DNA from: an uncultured virus (IMG/VR IMGVR_UViG_3300017655_000263)
Lineage: Duplodnaviria; Heunggongvirae; Uroviricota; Caudoviricetes
Virus record (IMG/VR): IMGVR_UViG_3300017655_000263
Coordinates: 54,945 to 74,944 of that record
Length of the DNA stretch: 20,000 nucleotides
Strand: one strand, 5' to 3'
Part shown: in pieces, positions 1 through 7,541 of the stretch
How the letters are laid out: the number at the start of each line of letters is the position of its first letter
Numbering within the stretch: the first letter of the stretch is position 1
The notes under the pieces: generated by a model
The model's input: the letters and a program-made list of their open reading frames with translations, nothing else
Told to the model about the DNA's origin: nothing
The model's database searches: none
Program-made: the position numbers and the translations under genes

Positions 1-67
1 AGGATTTTGTTGCTCATAGTTTTAATGCCTTTCTATGAAATATTTATTAATTATTTAACCTAAATTT

Positions 68-96
68 AGTATATGACATATCATAATATATGTCAA
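68..96 (-). promoter_or_regulatory. sigma70-type promoter P1 (TTGACA-17-TATACT)
   Basis: Minus strand TATTGACA tatattatgatatgtca TATACT, upstream of an SD/ATG at 17 that runs off the window; the -35/spacer contains an inverted repeat (TGACATAT..ATATGTCA). Confidence 0.75.
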
Positions 97-189
97 TAGG
101 GCAATTTCTCATATATAAAACCCCATTAATTTTCCCCTCACCACAGCAATAGTTCCGCCCCAAATGCCTATATGATGCTCCAACAGCAT

Positions 190-226
190 AAAAGAATAGG
201 GACGCCTCAACACGAGAGACGCCCCT
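190..226 (-). terminator. Rho-independent terminator
   Basis: Minus AGGGGCGTCTC-tcgtgtt-GAGGCGTCCCT followed by ATTCTTTT. Confidence 0.7.
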
Positions 227-309
227 TGACACTAGGCTGCTTGGGCCTCCTCATCAAGCTCCAACCACCCGTAGATGGTCTGCGCACCTCTCGATAAGGC
301 GAGACTGGT

Positions 310-726
310 TCACTTGGGGTTCAGTTCAAGCCAAAGGAGGGCTGCGGCTTCGACAATGTTGTCTCTGGACTCTTGGGGACAACTCATCGGCTCTTCTAGC
401 TGCCTTTCAGAATTAGCAATTCTCAAAGTCCAATCGGTGTCGATTACGTCCCAAAAAACGCTTAGGTCAAAGCCGGACCAACCGTTATCCCATTCGTCAA
501 GATGAGCGTAGGGCTTCAACTGATCCAGAATCTCGGTCAGGATGGGGGCGGCACACTGAGGACGGAGCGGTCGTATGGAACCATCAGTCAACATGTTGAA
601 GTCTGTACGCAATACCCAGGTTCCAGGACGACTCAAGGGATCTATCCACTTGAAGGTACAGTGTTGAGGGAAACCAGCTTCTTTCAGCTTCTGGCACGTC
701 TCTAGGGTTGGTACATGGTTTTTCAT
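310..726 (-). CDS. phage-type hypothetical protein
   Basis: 138 aa ORF; pattern TLETCQKLKEAGFPQ...APILTEIL...VEAAALLWL resembles a common uncharacterised phage family. Confidence 0.75.
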   Translation of the reverse strand: MKNHVPTLETCQKLKEAGFPQHCTFKWIDPLSRPGTWVLRTDFNMLTDGSIRPLRPQCAAPILTEILDQLKPYAHLDEWDNGWSGFDLSVFWDVIDTDWTLRIANSERQLEEPMSCPQESRDNIVEAAALLWLELNPK

Positions 727-780
727 AGTAAGTAGGGTGGGGAGTCGCTTAGCGGTGGACTCCCCAATAACCGTTTGTCT

Positions 781-996
781 CTACTTCTTGTCGCCCCAAA
801 GCCTCTGAGCTTGCTTTATCACATCAATGCGATCTTCCAGCTCGTACTCTCGCTCCTGGATATCGGCCAAGGTTGGCGTCAGATCTTGTTGCAGGGCTTG
901 GAGGTCCTTATCGAGTCGCTGCATAATGCGGATGGACTCGTTCAGGTTGGCACGGATCTTACCCAGTCGAAGGACTGCTCGCTCTTGGTTGAGCAT
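781..996 (-). CDS. small coiled-coil hypothetical protein
   Basis: GGAGG SD before ATG at 996 (MLNQERAVLR); heptad-like helical sequence. Confidence 0.65.
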   Translation of the reverse strand: MLNQERAVLRLGKIRANLNESIRIMQRLDKDLQALQQDLTPTLADIQEREYELEDRIDVIKQAQRLWGDKK

Positions 997-997
997 G

Positions 998-1327
998 TCA
1001 ATAGTCCTCCGCAAATAAAATCGTGATCGCCACACCATCCTCTAAAACCCAGACCTGCCTGCCGTGGAAGTCGAATGTGTACATTCGCTCTTCTTCAGGC
1101 AATTCCTCAGCGGTCAGAATCCACTCCAGCCAACCATCCCAAACCTTTTGCAGGTCAGCATGAGTCAAGCTTTCCGCAATAGCTGCGGTCATCACCAGTC
1201 GCTTGGGTGGATGGGAGTTGTAACAGCGGTTATCGAACGGCTCCTGCAACACACCATCGGCCAACGCCTGGTCTACCGAATACGAATGGATAACAAAATC
1301 CCAGTCTCCGTTTTGCTTGTCGCTCAC
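998..1327 (-). CDS. hypothetical protein, DUF6573-like
   Basis: N-terminal YSVDQALADGVL and C-terminal ITILFAEDY resemble the family's YTRAQAIEDGVL...ITIMLPEED signature; AGGAG SD. Confidence 0.6.
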   Translation of the reverse strand: MSDKQNGDWDFVIHSYSVDQALADGVLQEPFDNRCYNSHPPKRLVMTAAIAESLTHADLQKVWDGWLEWILTAEELPEEERMYTFDFHGRQVWVLEDGVAITILFAEDY

Positions 1328-1411
1328 GGATAGCTCCTAGCCTCTCTCGCTACTCAGAAAATGGTCTGAGCACCGATGAAGCCAGGAGGGATAACTAGGA
1401 TCTAGTCATTT

Positions 1412-1984
1412 TCAGCTTCCGAAATTCAGCCCCTTGGTGGGCAATAGTCGGCCGCGGAGCATGGTATTTAGCTCCTCAATTACCCTGTCTCGAACTAATT
1501 CATCTTCCTTGATATAGGCCAAGGTCATATGCGCTTTATAGCCCGGGAAAGTGTTGATGTGGGGGAGGAACTTCAGACGCTCGTTACACTCCTGGAGTTC
1601 CGGGGTGATAACAAGGTGGGCGACGATACAGTAGTAGGGTTCGTCTGCCTTGGGACTATCAAAATAGCCAACCTCGTCGATTTGCACGGTGGGCGGACAC
1701 ACATTGCCGCTATTGAGCACCTGCAATATGTGCTTCTGCATCTCGGGACCACTTCGCAATAGGCCATAGAGCAAGGTTACGTGTGGTTCTCCAGCAACTA
1801 TTCCCGTGGCATAGCTGGCCGGATCTTCATCAACATAGACCTCCTCCGGCTTGATGGCCTCGCTGACTCGCTTCCCCAGGTCTTCCGGGTCGATATCAAG
1901 CATGATGCAGCCGAGTCGGCCGATGTCATAACCCAAATTCTCATACATCGATATGAATTGATACGCACTGATTTGTTTCTCCAT
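1412..1984 (-). CDS. 2H phosphoesterase (Acb1/T4 gp57B-like or LigT-like)
   Basis: Two HxT motifs, EPHVTLLYGL and YKAHMTLAYIK; GGAGG SD. Confidence 0.8.
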   Translation of the reverse strand: MEKQISAYQFISMYENLGYDIGRLGCIMLDIDPEDLGKRVSEAIKPEEVYVDEDPASYATGIVAGEPHVTLLYGLLRSGPEMQKHILQVLNSGNVCPPTVQIDEVGYFDSPKADEPYYCIVAHLVITPELQECNERLKFLPHINTFPGYKAHMTLAYIKEDELVRDRVIEELNTMLRGRLLPTKGLNFGS

Positions 1985-2066
1985 CTACCTCCTTGGTGAG
2001 TACTTGTCTTTCCGGCTGCCATCTGCTGCCTCCCAGAATCGAGGGACATGAGATGAATCCGGATAT

Positions 2067-2387
2067 TTAGTTATCGTCCCGCCAAAATGGTCTTTCGTAG
2101 AGGTCGGGATCATATCTCACGTCATGCCGACCACAACCCGAGCATACAAAGAGGTGAAATCCGCACTCTGGCGTCCACCAAAACCACTTTCTCTTCCCAT
2201 CAATCTCGCTGTAGTTGTGAGCTCCCTTGAGCTTCTTGCACCACTTGGCCGTGGATCGGTTGACCTTGCTTGGCATAGATGTACTGGCAGATTTTTTCTC
2301 TCGTTGCTGGACGGCCTTGGGTGTACTCCAATTGATGAGTTTCTTTGACATGATCCTCCGAAATGGGTTGGGGATAGTTTTCGGCAT
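2067..2387 (-). CDS. basic hypothetical protein with possible Zn-binding motif
   Basis: 106 aa, Lys-rich, WCKKLKGAH...CSGCGRH. Confidence 0.6.
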   Translation of the reverse strand: MPKTIPNPFRRIMSKKLINWSTPKAVQQREKKSASTSMPSKVNRSTAKWCKKLKGAHNYSEIDGKRKWFWWTPECGFHLFVCSGCGRHDVRYDPDLYERPFWRDDN

Positions 2388-2404
2388 CCCCTATGCCGTT
2401 ACCT

Positions 2405-2926
2405 CTATTCTTCAGCAACGACTCCCAATGCAGTAAGAAAGTCACCAATCTGGGACTTCTTGATTTTCGTATTGCCTCCTCGACCATAGAACTTGGCTCC
2501 ACTCAGGTTGGCTCCACTCAGGTTGGCTCCACTCAGGTTGGCTCCACTCAGGTTGGCCTTACTCAGGTCGGCTTCATACAAGTTGGCTCCATACAGGTCG
2601 GCTTCACGCAGGTTGGCTCCACTCAGGTCGGCTCCACTCAGGTCGGCTTCATACAAGTTGGCTCCATACAGGTCGGCTTCACGCAAGTCGGCTTCACGCA
2701 AGTCGGCTTCATACAGGTCGGCTCCATACAGGTTGGCTTTACTGCTCAAGACCGCTTCTATCACTGTTCTTTTATCCGTCTCGGCCAGAATCGAGCCATC
2801 TCTTTTATAGAGGGTTACCCCTTTAGTCTTCTCAGAATCCTTAGCCTGAATATGCCGCTGCAACTCTTCAATTTTCCTCTTAGCTTCCTCAACACTTAGA
2901 TCACTGGGTTTTGGTTGTATAAACAT
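2405..2926 (-). CDS. pentapeptide repeat protein
   Basis: About 16 tandem A(D/N)Lxx repeats; 15-bp DNA periodicity at ~2493-2740. Confidence 0.92.
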   Translation of the reverse strand: MFIQPKPSDLSVEEAKRKIEELQRHIQAKDSEKTKGVTLYKRDGSILAETDKRTVIEAVLSSKANLYGADLYEADLREADLREADLYGANLYEADLSGADLSGANLREADLYGANLYEADLSKANLSGANLSGANLSGANLSGAKFYGRGGNTKIKKSQIGDFLTALGVVAEE

Positions 2927-2984
2927 CTTATGAGTCTCCTAAAGAAATGGAGGAGTTTAGCGGCACCCCTCAGGCCGTTGTCTC

Positions 2985-3179
2985 TTAATATGGTGGCATT
3001 GCCTCATCCCCAATATCGCCGTTCTGCTCGCTGTAATAGTCGTCATAGCGGCGGTCGTGGTCATCCTGCTCTTCGTCGTCCAATTCGTCGGTCATTCCAG
3101 ACCAGTCTTCAGGTTCGTCGTCCCGGTAGTGCTCTTCCGCTCCGTCAAGCCAAGGCCTAGACCAGTAAGGGATGCTCAT
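2985..3179 (-). CDS. small highly acidic protein
   Basis: 64 aa, 23 Asp/Glu; ATGA overlap with the upstream ORF. Confidence 0.6.
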   Translation of the reverse strand: MSIPYWSRPWLDGAEEHYRDDEPEDWSGMTDELDDEEQDDHDRRYDDYYSEQNGDIGDEAMPPY

Positions 3180-3280
3180 ACGTCATCGCCTGCAATTCTC
3201 CTGGTATGCTCATCGATCCGGTAGCGGGTATCCCAGCGCAGGAAGCGCCAGATTGCCTTTAGTCTCTCTCGCAATCGCAT
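3176..3280 (-). CDS. 34-aa small protein (not in ORF track)
   Basis: AGGAG SD then ATG: MRLRERLKAIWRFLRWDTRYRIDEHTRRIAGDDV*; its stop overlaps the next start. Confidence 0.5.
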   Translation of the reverse strand: MRLRERLKAIWRFLRWDTRYRIDEHTRRIAGDDV

Positions 3281-3358
3281 AGTCTACTCCTAGCCTTTTG
3301 CCTCGATACCCAAAAGGTTGAGTACCGAAGTAGGGGCCAGGAGTCGTCATGTGGAGCA

Positions 3359-3565
3359 CTACTTCCTGGATTTAGCAGCGATAACCACAATCCCAATAAT
3401 CAGAGCAACTAGAAGGACAACGATTAGGCCGCCGTAAAGAGGCAGCAGGACTAACCACCAGGGCCAGTCAATATACCCAGTCAGCTTTAGTCCAATAAAT
3501 AGAACACCTAATAGTGTAAGTAGACCTGGGCCTCCGTAAGATAGCCCTGACTTAGATTCACCCAT
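3359..3565 (-). CDS. small two-helix membrane protein of phage type
   Basis: LLTLLGVLFIGLKLTGYIDWPWWLVLLPLY motif; AGGAGG SD; immediately behind promoter P2. Confidence 0.8.
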   Translation of the reverse strand: MGESKSGLSYGGPGLLTLLGVLFIGLKLTGYIDWPWWLVLLPLYGGLIVVLLVALIIGIVVIAAKSRK

Positions 3566-3587
3566 ATACCTCCTGTGTAATATCTTC

Positions 3588-3616
3588 CTTATACGCTCAT
3601 ATTTACATTATGTCAA
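3588..3616 (-). promoter_or_regulatory. promoter P2 (TTGACA-17-TATAAG)
   Basis: Minus TATTGACAtaatgtaaatatgagcgTATAAG. Confidence 0.75.
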
Positions 3617-3619
3617 TAT

Positions 3620-4152
3620 CTAATCACCTTGCAGGATGCACAATATCTTCTTGTACGCTTCCTCGACCCGTTCCTGATGAAAAACAATATTCCTGATAAA
3701 TTCATCATCATAGATGCTCTTGGAGTAATAGGAGACATCTAACGAGTATTTGGACTTCACCCCAGGGAAGAATCTCCTATATAATAACTGGGTTATCCAT
3801 TCACACTCGAACTCTTTTCTCATCTCGGATATTTCACTATTCGACACTCTGTTATGACCAAGCACGAAGTGACTCAACTCATGAAAAAGAGTCCAGGCTC
3901 TACTTTCGGCAGATACATTCTTACTAATCAGAATCGTCTCTGTAAGTATCGTTCTCTGTCCATTTGAATCCTCCTTGAATAAGGCGCTTACTGTACCGCT
4001 GGGCTTTGTAGGTGGAATGTCTGTCAATCTCACAGGGATATTTGCCTGTTTAAGTAGAGGTTCCCACTTATCCCAGAGAAGTCGCGCTCTGATATCTACA
4101 TGGTCTTCTGCAATTGAACTCGCGCACATTTCTGGCACATCCTTATTCACAA
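3620..4152 (-). CDS. ImmA/IrrE-like HExxH metallo-endopeptidase domain protein (start uncertain)
   Basis: AWTLFHELSHFVLGH plus downstream EFECE; the open frame extends to 4291 but overlaps the J-domain gene there. Confidence 0.7.
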
Positions 4153-4226
4153 TGGGTTCAAGGGATCTCCTTGCTGGAGTATACGGAAAGAAAGAAGGGG
4201 CGTCTCGAGTGGAAACGCCCCTGTGT

Positions 4227-4808
4227 TTAATAAGAAGTCTTGGCCTCGTTATAAGCCTCAACCACAAGCTTGAACATGTGGGTGTTGCCACCCTTGTCGG
4301 GGTGGTAAATCTTCACCATGCGTCGATATGCCGACTCAATCTCGTCCAGCGTTGCTTCGGGTGACACATCCAGGATGGTCCACCATCCGCTAGAGACTGA
4401 ACTACTATCTCCGGGAGGAAGAGCAGCAAAGCCGCGGAAAGCAGCGTCGACCATCTCTTTGGCCCCCCAACGATCCAACCCTCGTAAAGCCCCTACAGTT
4501 AACTCAAGAGCGTGGACATTGTCCTCAAGAAAAACCCACTTATCACAAGGCAGGCACCGTTGCTCACCATGAAGAGTGAAATAAACAGCGACACCGGTGT
4601 CGTGGATTTTTGGCTGTCTGGCAGAGATTTCGCCGTTCTTATTCAGAGCGGCATTAGAGCTAATGATAATGTCACTCGCTCCAAGTCGTTCGAGTTCTCG
4701 GGTCAGACCATTCCTGGCCTGGACCAATCCAGTTTGAAACTTGGAATATTGGGGATTCTGCTCCCGTGGCCAACCATCCGGCCACTGCAAGGGATAAGCT
4801 TCAGTCAC
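4227..4808 (-). CDS. J-domain (DnaJ-like) protein of prophage type
   Basis: C-terminal WWTILDV...YRRMVKIYHPDKGG J domain; N-terminal AYPLQWPDGWPR motif. Confidence 0.9.
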   Translation of the reverse strand: MTEAYPLQWPDGWPREQNPQYSKFQTGLVQARNGLTRELERLGASDIIISSNAALNKNGEISARQPKIHDTGVAVYFTLHGEQRCLPCDKWVFLEDNVHALELTVGALRGLDRWGAKEMVDAAFRGFAALPPGDSSSVSSGWWTILDVSPEATLDEIESAYRRMVKIYHPDKGGNTHMFKLVVEAYNEAKTSY

Positions 4809-4862
4809 TTGTGACCATCCTTTCTAGAGAGCTAAAAGAGGTTCTCTTTTCTGTTCTTGGAG

Positions 4863-5162
4863 TCAAAATAATCCAGGTTGGCTCACTTCTATTTCGGGAT
4901 GCAAGATCTCTTCGAACAGCTTTTCCAGCGAGAAGATATACAGGCAGGGTACGCCACCCACCATTGTCACAGCTACCTGCCGACTCTTGAGCTTGACACT
5001 CTCTCCGTTGAACCAGGCATAGTTGCCGACGTTGGCACTGAGGTGAAGTGATCCGATACTCATGATGCCCGACGCTGTGTACTCGACCGTATCACCCCTG
5101 AGTGCGTATGGACTCAACCAACGCTTTACTTCCTGTTTGGCAATTGTCTCCAAAATGCCCAT
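4863..5162 (-). CDS. hypothetical protein
   Basis: GGAGGGTG SD before ATG at 5162 (MGILETIAKQ). Confidence 0.65.
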   Translation of the reverse strand: MGILETIAKQEVKRWLSPYALRGDTVEYTASGIMSIGSLHLSANVGNYAWFNGESVKLKSRQVAVTMVGGVPCLYIFSLEKLFEEILHPEIEVSQPGLF

Positions 5163-5164
5163 TA

Positions 5165-5750
5165 TCACCCTCCGTATTAGAACCAATCCCGATGACTAGC
5201 TCTAGGCGAAGGGTGACGTTAGAACGCCGTATATCCTTTCATCAGAATTAGAGGGAGAGCAGCCAAGTAGCCACCCTCCCTCACGTCTCTCCACGAGACC
5301 CTGCCGGATCAACGGACACGAACCGCATGGTTCAAACAACGCCCGGAGATTCTTGTCTCCTCTCCGAGTCTCGCAAGAAAACGGAGACCTCCTGGCCCAG
5401 CTGGGGGAGCAATGGCCGGAGGTCTCCTCTTGCTCACGAAACCTTCAATCGCTCATCGAAGAGCTGGGACGCTTGGAGCATGGATAAGACCCCTTCGCCA
5501 AAAGCCAGCCTCTTCGATCAACGATCGAGGCTCAATCCGTCTCAGAAGAACAGGAGATGTGAGAAAAATTAGCAAAAACCCACACCTAAAGGCCTGTCCT
5601 TCTGGGAAGAATCGAGACTATCCCCTCAACTCATCGCAGGAAGTTTAAAACCGACGCCGAAGACGCCGACGCCAGCATATTGGGTATTTTGCTGCTTCCA
5701 ACGAAGGTTGAGAGGTTAAATCGATACCCCAGCCGAAGCTGAGGGGACAA
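5165..5750 (-). ncRNA. candidate large structured RNA domain
   Basis: Many helices whose mismatches become G-U pairs on the minus strand (5543-5604, 5373-5433, 5251-5282, long-range 5491-5508 with 5196-5213); cUUCGg loops at 5651-5670 and 5727-5746; no minus-strand ORF of 60 aa or more. Confidence 0.6.
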
Positions 5751-5762
5751 TCTCGATCATTT

Positions 5763-5971
5763 GTCATGAATCTCAGTGAGGGGGCAGGAGTTGCCGAGAT
5801 GCCATTTACGCACATACGCTGAGAGGTACGCTATTGCAACTCGTAAAGTCACCTGCATTACTGGATCTCCGTCCCCAGCACCGCGGCCGAAGCTTGACCT
5901 CGCCGGCTCGAGCCGGCATGAGTTGCGGCGTGTCTATCTGCTTTGCACCACCCCTCACTTAGATTCATGAC
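5763..5971 (-). ncRNA. tRNA(Leu)-like RNA with expanded anticodon and T loops
   Basis: 21-bp closing stem with 1 mismatch; TGAGGGG TG GTG..TAGA CAC G CCGC..GCGG, long variable arm, GCAGG TG[56 nt]CAACT CCTGC CCCCTCA. Confidence 0.55.
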
Positions 5972-5976
5972 TGTCA

Positions 5977-6192
5977 TCATCAAACCAACCCAGGGACTCT
6001 AGGATTCGAACCTAGGTGGACATTATTGATCCAGGCAATTTCGTTTCATTTCCATCTGCCTGTAGGTTGGAACTCCCTCAGATTGGAACTCGATCTAGCC
6101 GCCCTATAGATTCTCCCTACCAATCGTTACAAAGAATCCAAAGCTCACACTCGCCATCCCTGTGAATGTACCCCTGGGTCGGATTGATGACG
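5977..6192 (-). ncRNA. second tRNA-like RNA with canonical T arm
   Basis: Perfect T arm CTAGG-TTCGAAT-CCTAG (5999-6015) next to a long closing stem, CCGACCCAGGGG/TCCCTGGGTTGG plus TCATCAA/TTGATGA. Confidence 0.5.
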
Positions 6193-6220
6193 TATTTGCT
6201 TGTTCATGTGCTATACATTA

Positions 6221-6249
6221 CTTATACGCCTAATGCAATACTATGTCAA
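6221..6249 (-). promoter_or_regulatory. promoter P3 (TTGACA-17-TATAAG) upstream of the non-coding cluster
   Basis: Minus GTATTGACAtagtattgcattaggcgTATAAG. Confidence 0.75.
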
Positions 6250-6275
6250 TACATCAATTTAGGCCCTGGACAGAA

Positions 6276-6299
6276 GAAAACCCCACCAAGAGGTGGGGC
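6276..6299 (-). terminator. Rho-independent terminator after relE
   Basis: Minus GCCCCACC-tctt-GGTGGGGT TTTC. Confidence 0.75.
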
Positions 6300-6306
6300 T
6301 GTGAGC

Positions 6307-6570
6307 CTACTTATAGACTTGTCGGCGATGAGCAATCTTGATCACGGCAATAATCAGTACGTCATTCTCGAACTCGCAGATAATCCGGTAGTCACCGACG
6401 CGGTAGCGCCAAAGACCTAAAAAGTCTGCTGTTAGGGCCTTTCCTCGCACTCGCGGGTTCTCAAGGCTACTAACCTCTTCGAGATATTTGATGATTCTTT
6501 CTTGCCAGGTGCGATCGATCTTGCGCAGCGCCTTCCGGGCTGCCGGTTCAAATTCAACTCGCCAAACCAA
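6307..6570 (-). CDS. relE: RelE/ParE-family toxin
   Basis: WRVEFEPAARKALRKI...GLWRYRVGDYRIIC...IAHRRQVY; probable TTG start overlapping the antitoxin end. Confidence 0.9.
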   Translation of the reverse strand: MVWRVEFEPAARKALRKIDRTWQERIIKYLEEVSSLENPRVRGKALTADFLGLWRYRVGDYRIICEFENDVLIIAVIKIAHRRQVYK

Positions 6571-6781
6571 GCTCTCTCTTGACCTCCTCGAACGGAATCC
6601 TCTGGTTGCCTTCGGCGAGGATCGCCTGAGCATCCCTGATGTCTTCCTGGTCCTCTAGCCATTCAAGCAAGGCTTCCTGAGCAAGACTCTGCTTGTCACG
6701 ACCTGTTAAGTGGGCGAGTTCAGTCAGCTCATCGTCGATTTCGCTATCGATAAGGAGGGTTACTTTTCGTGTTGTTGCCAT
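6554..6781 (-). CDS. ribbon-helix-helix antitoxin (RelB/CopG-like)
   Basis: MATTRKVTLLIDSE...LEDQEDIRDA...IPFEEVKRELGL directly upstream of and overlapping relE; AAGGA SD. Confidence 0.85.
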   Translation of the reverse strand: MATTRKVTLLIDSEIDDELTELAHLTGRDKQSLAQEALLEWLEDQEDIRDAQAILAEGNQRIPFEEVKRELGLAS

Positions 6782-6830
6782 GTAGTGCCATCCTTTCGAG
6801 GTCACGCCTCCTTCTAATAGTAGCATCGGA

Positions 6831-7067
6831 TTAGAACAGTGAAGGCTGTTGCGGCTTCTCATCCATCTCCGCCAACTGGCGGGTGTGGTAAGCAATGTGA
6901 TTGCGTATCAACTGCATGGAAGTCACCAAAGCAAGCTGGTCGTCTCCACCGAAAGCGATCTCCCTGTCATAGTGACTCAAGGACTCAACACCACGCTCCT
7001 GCATGTCTGCAAGCCGCTGCCTACGTTCTTCGAGTTTGGCTACAATGTCCTCTCTGGTCTCTTTCAC
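6831..7067 (-). CDS. hypothetical protein
   Basis: 78 aa helical ORF in the gene run, ending QQPSLF. Confidence 0.6.
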   Translation of the reverse strand: MKETREDIVAKLEERRQRLADMQERGVESLSHYDREIAFGGDDQLALVTSMQLIRNHIAYHTRQLAEMDEKPQQPSLF

Positions 7068-7155
7068 TGCATCACCCTTCTAGCTGTGGTCGACCGACAA
7101 TCGATCAACCCCAGGCAGCGGATGACGCTGCCTACGCTTCCGTTTGCTTACCGGC

Positions 7156-7524
7156 TTAGGAGTCCTGCGTATCCGACTCGACTGGACTTATTATCGAGTC
7201 GATAGCCTGTATCATTTGGGCCTTGAGACGTGGGTCTTGCCTGAATGAGTTGACTGCTTTATCTACTGAGCCAGATAGCTCACCGACAAGCAGCTTGGCA
7301 ACCTTATGCCTGAACTCAATCCTTAGTTGATTCTTGAACTCATCATCAAGCACCACCTCCTTGAGAACGTCCTTCAGAACTGCCTCAAACTCTGGGGATA
7401 CTTCAGCCATTACTTTATTCACGACTTCTCTTGCAGGGCTGCTATATTCGTTCGTCAGCCTATCCCTGAGAGCCGATACAAGAATGTCGCGCATATCTTC
7501 TTTACTTATCAATACTTCTTTCAC
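7156..7524 (-). CDS. hypothetical protein
   Basis: 122 aa, GGAGG SD, GTG start. Confidence 0.75.
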   Translation of the reverse strand: MKEVLISKEDMRDILVSALRDRLTNEYSSPAREVVNKVMAEVSPEFEAVLKDVLKEVVLDDEFKNQLRIEFRHKVAKLLVGELSGSVDKAVNSFRQDPRLKAQMIQAIDSIISPVESDTQDS

Positions 7525-7541
7525 TGTCCTCCATTCTGCGG

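Noticed and set aside
2493..2740. 15-bp tandem repeats as CRISPR or VNTR; repetitive plus-strand ORFs 2393..2899 and 2493..2810
   Set aside because: No spacers; fully explained by pentapeptide codons on the minus strand, so the plus ORFs are shadows
5225..5260. Hammerhead ribozyme (CTGATGA on the minus strand)
   Set aside because: No correctly placed GAAA, stem III or cleavage triplet found
5165..5750. Group I/II intron or RNase P RNA
   Set aside because: No domain V, P7 core or RNase P conserved motifs recognised, and no intron-encoded protein
5327..5970. Plus-strand ORFs in the non-coding cluster
   Set aside because: No SD, atypical composition, and opposite to the promoter and all neighbouring genes
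5763..6192. Canonical functional tRNA genes
   Set aside because: Neither unit has a 7-nt anticodon loop, normal length or encoded CCA; reported as tRNA-like only
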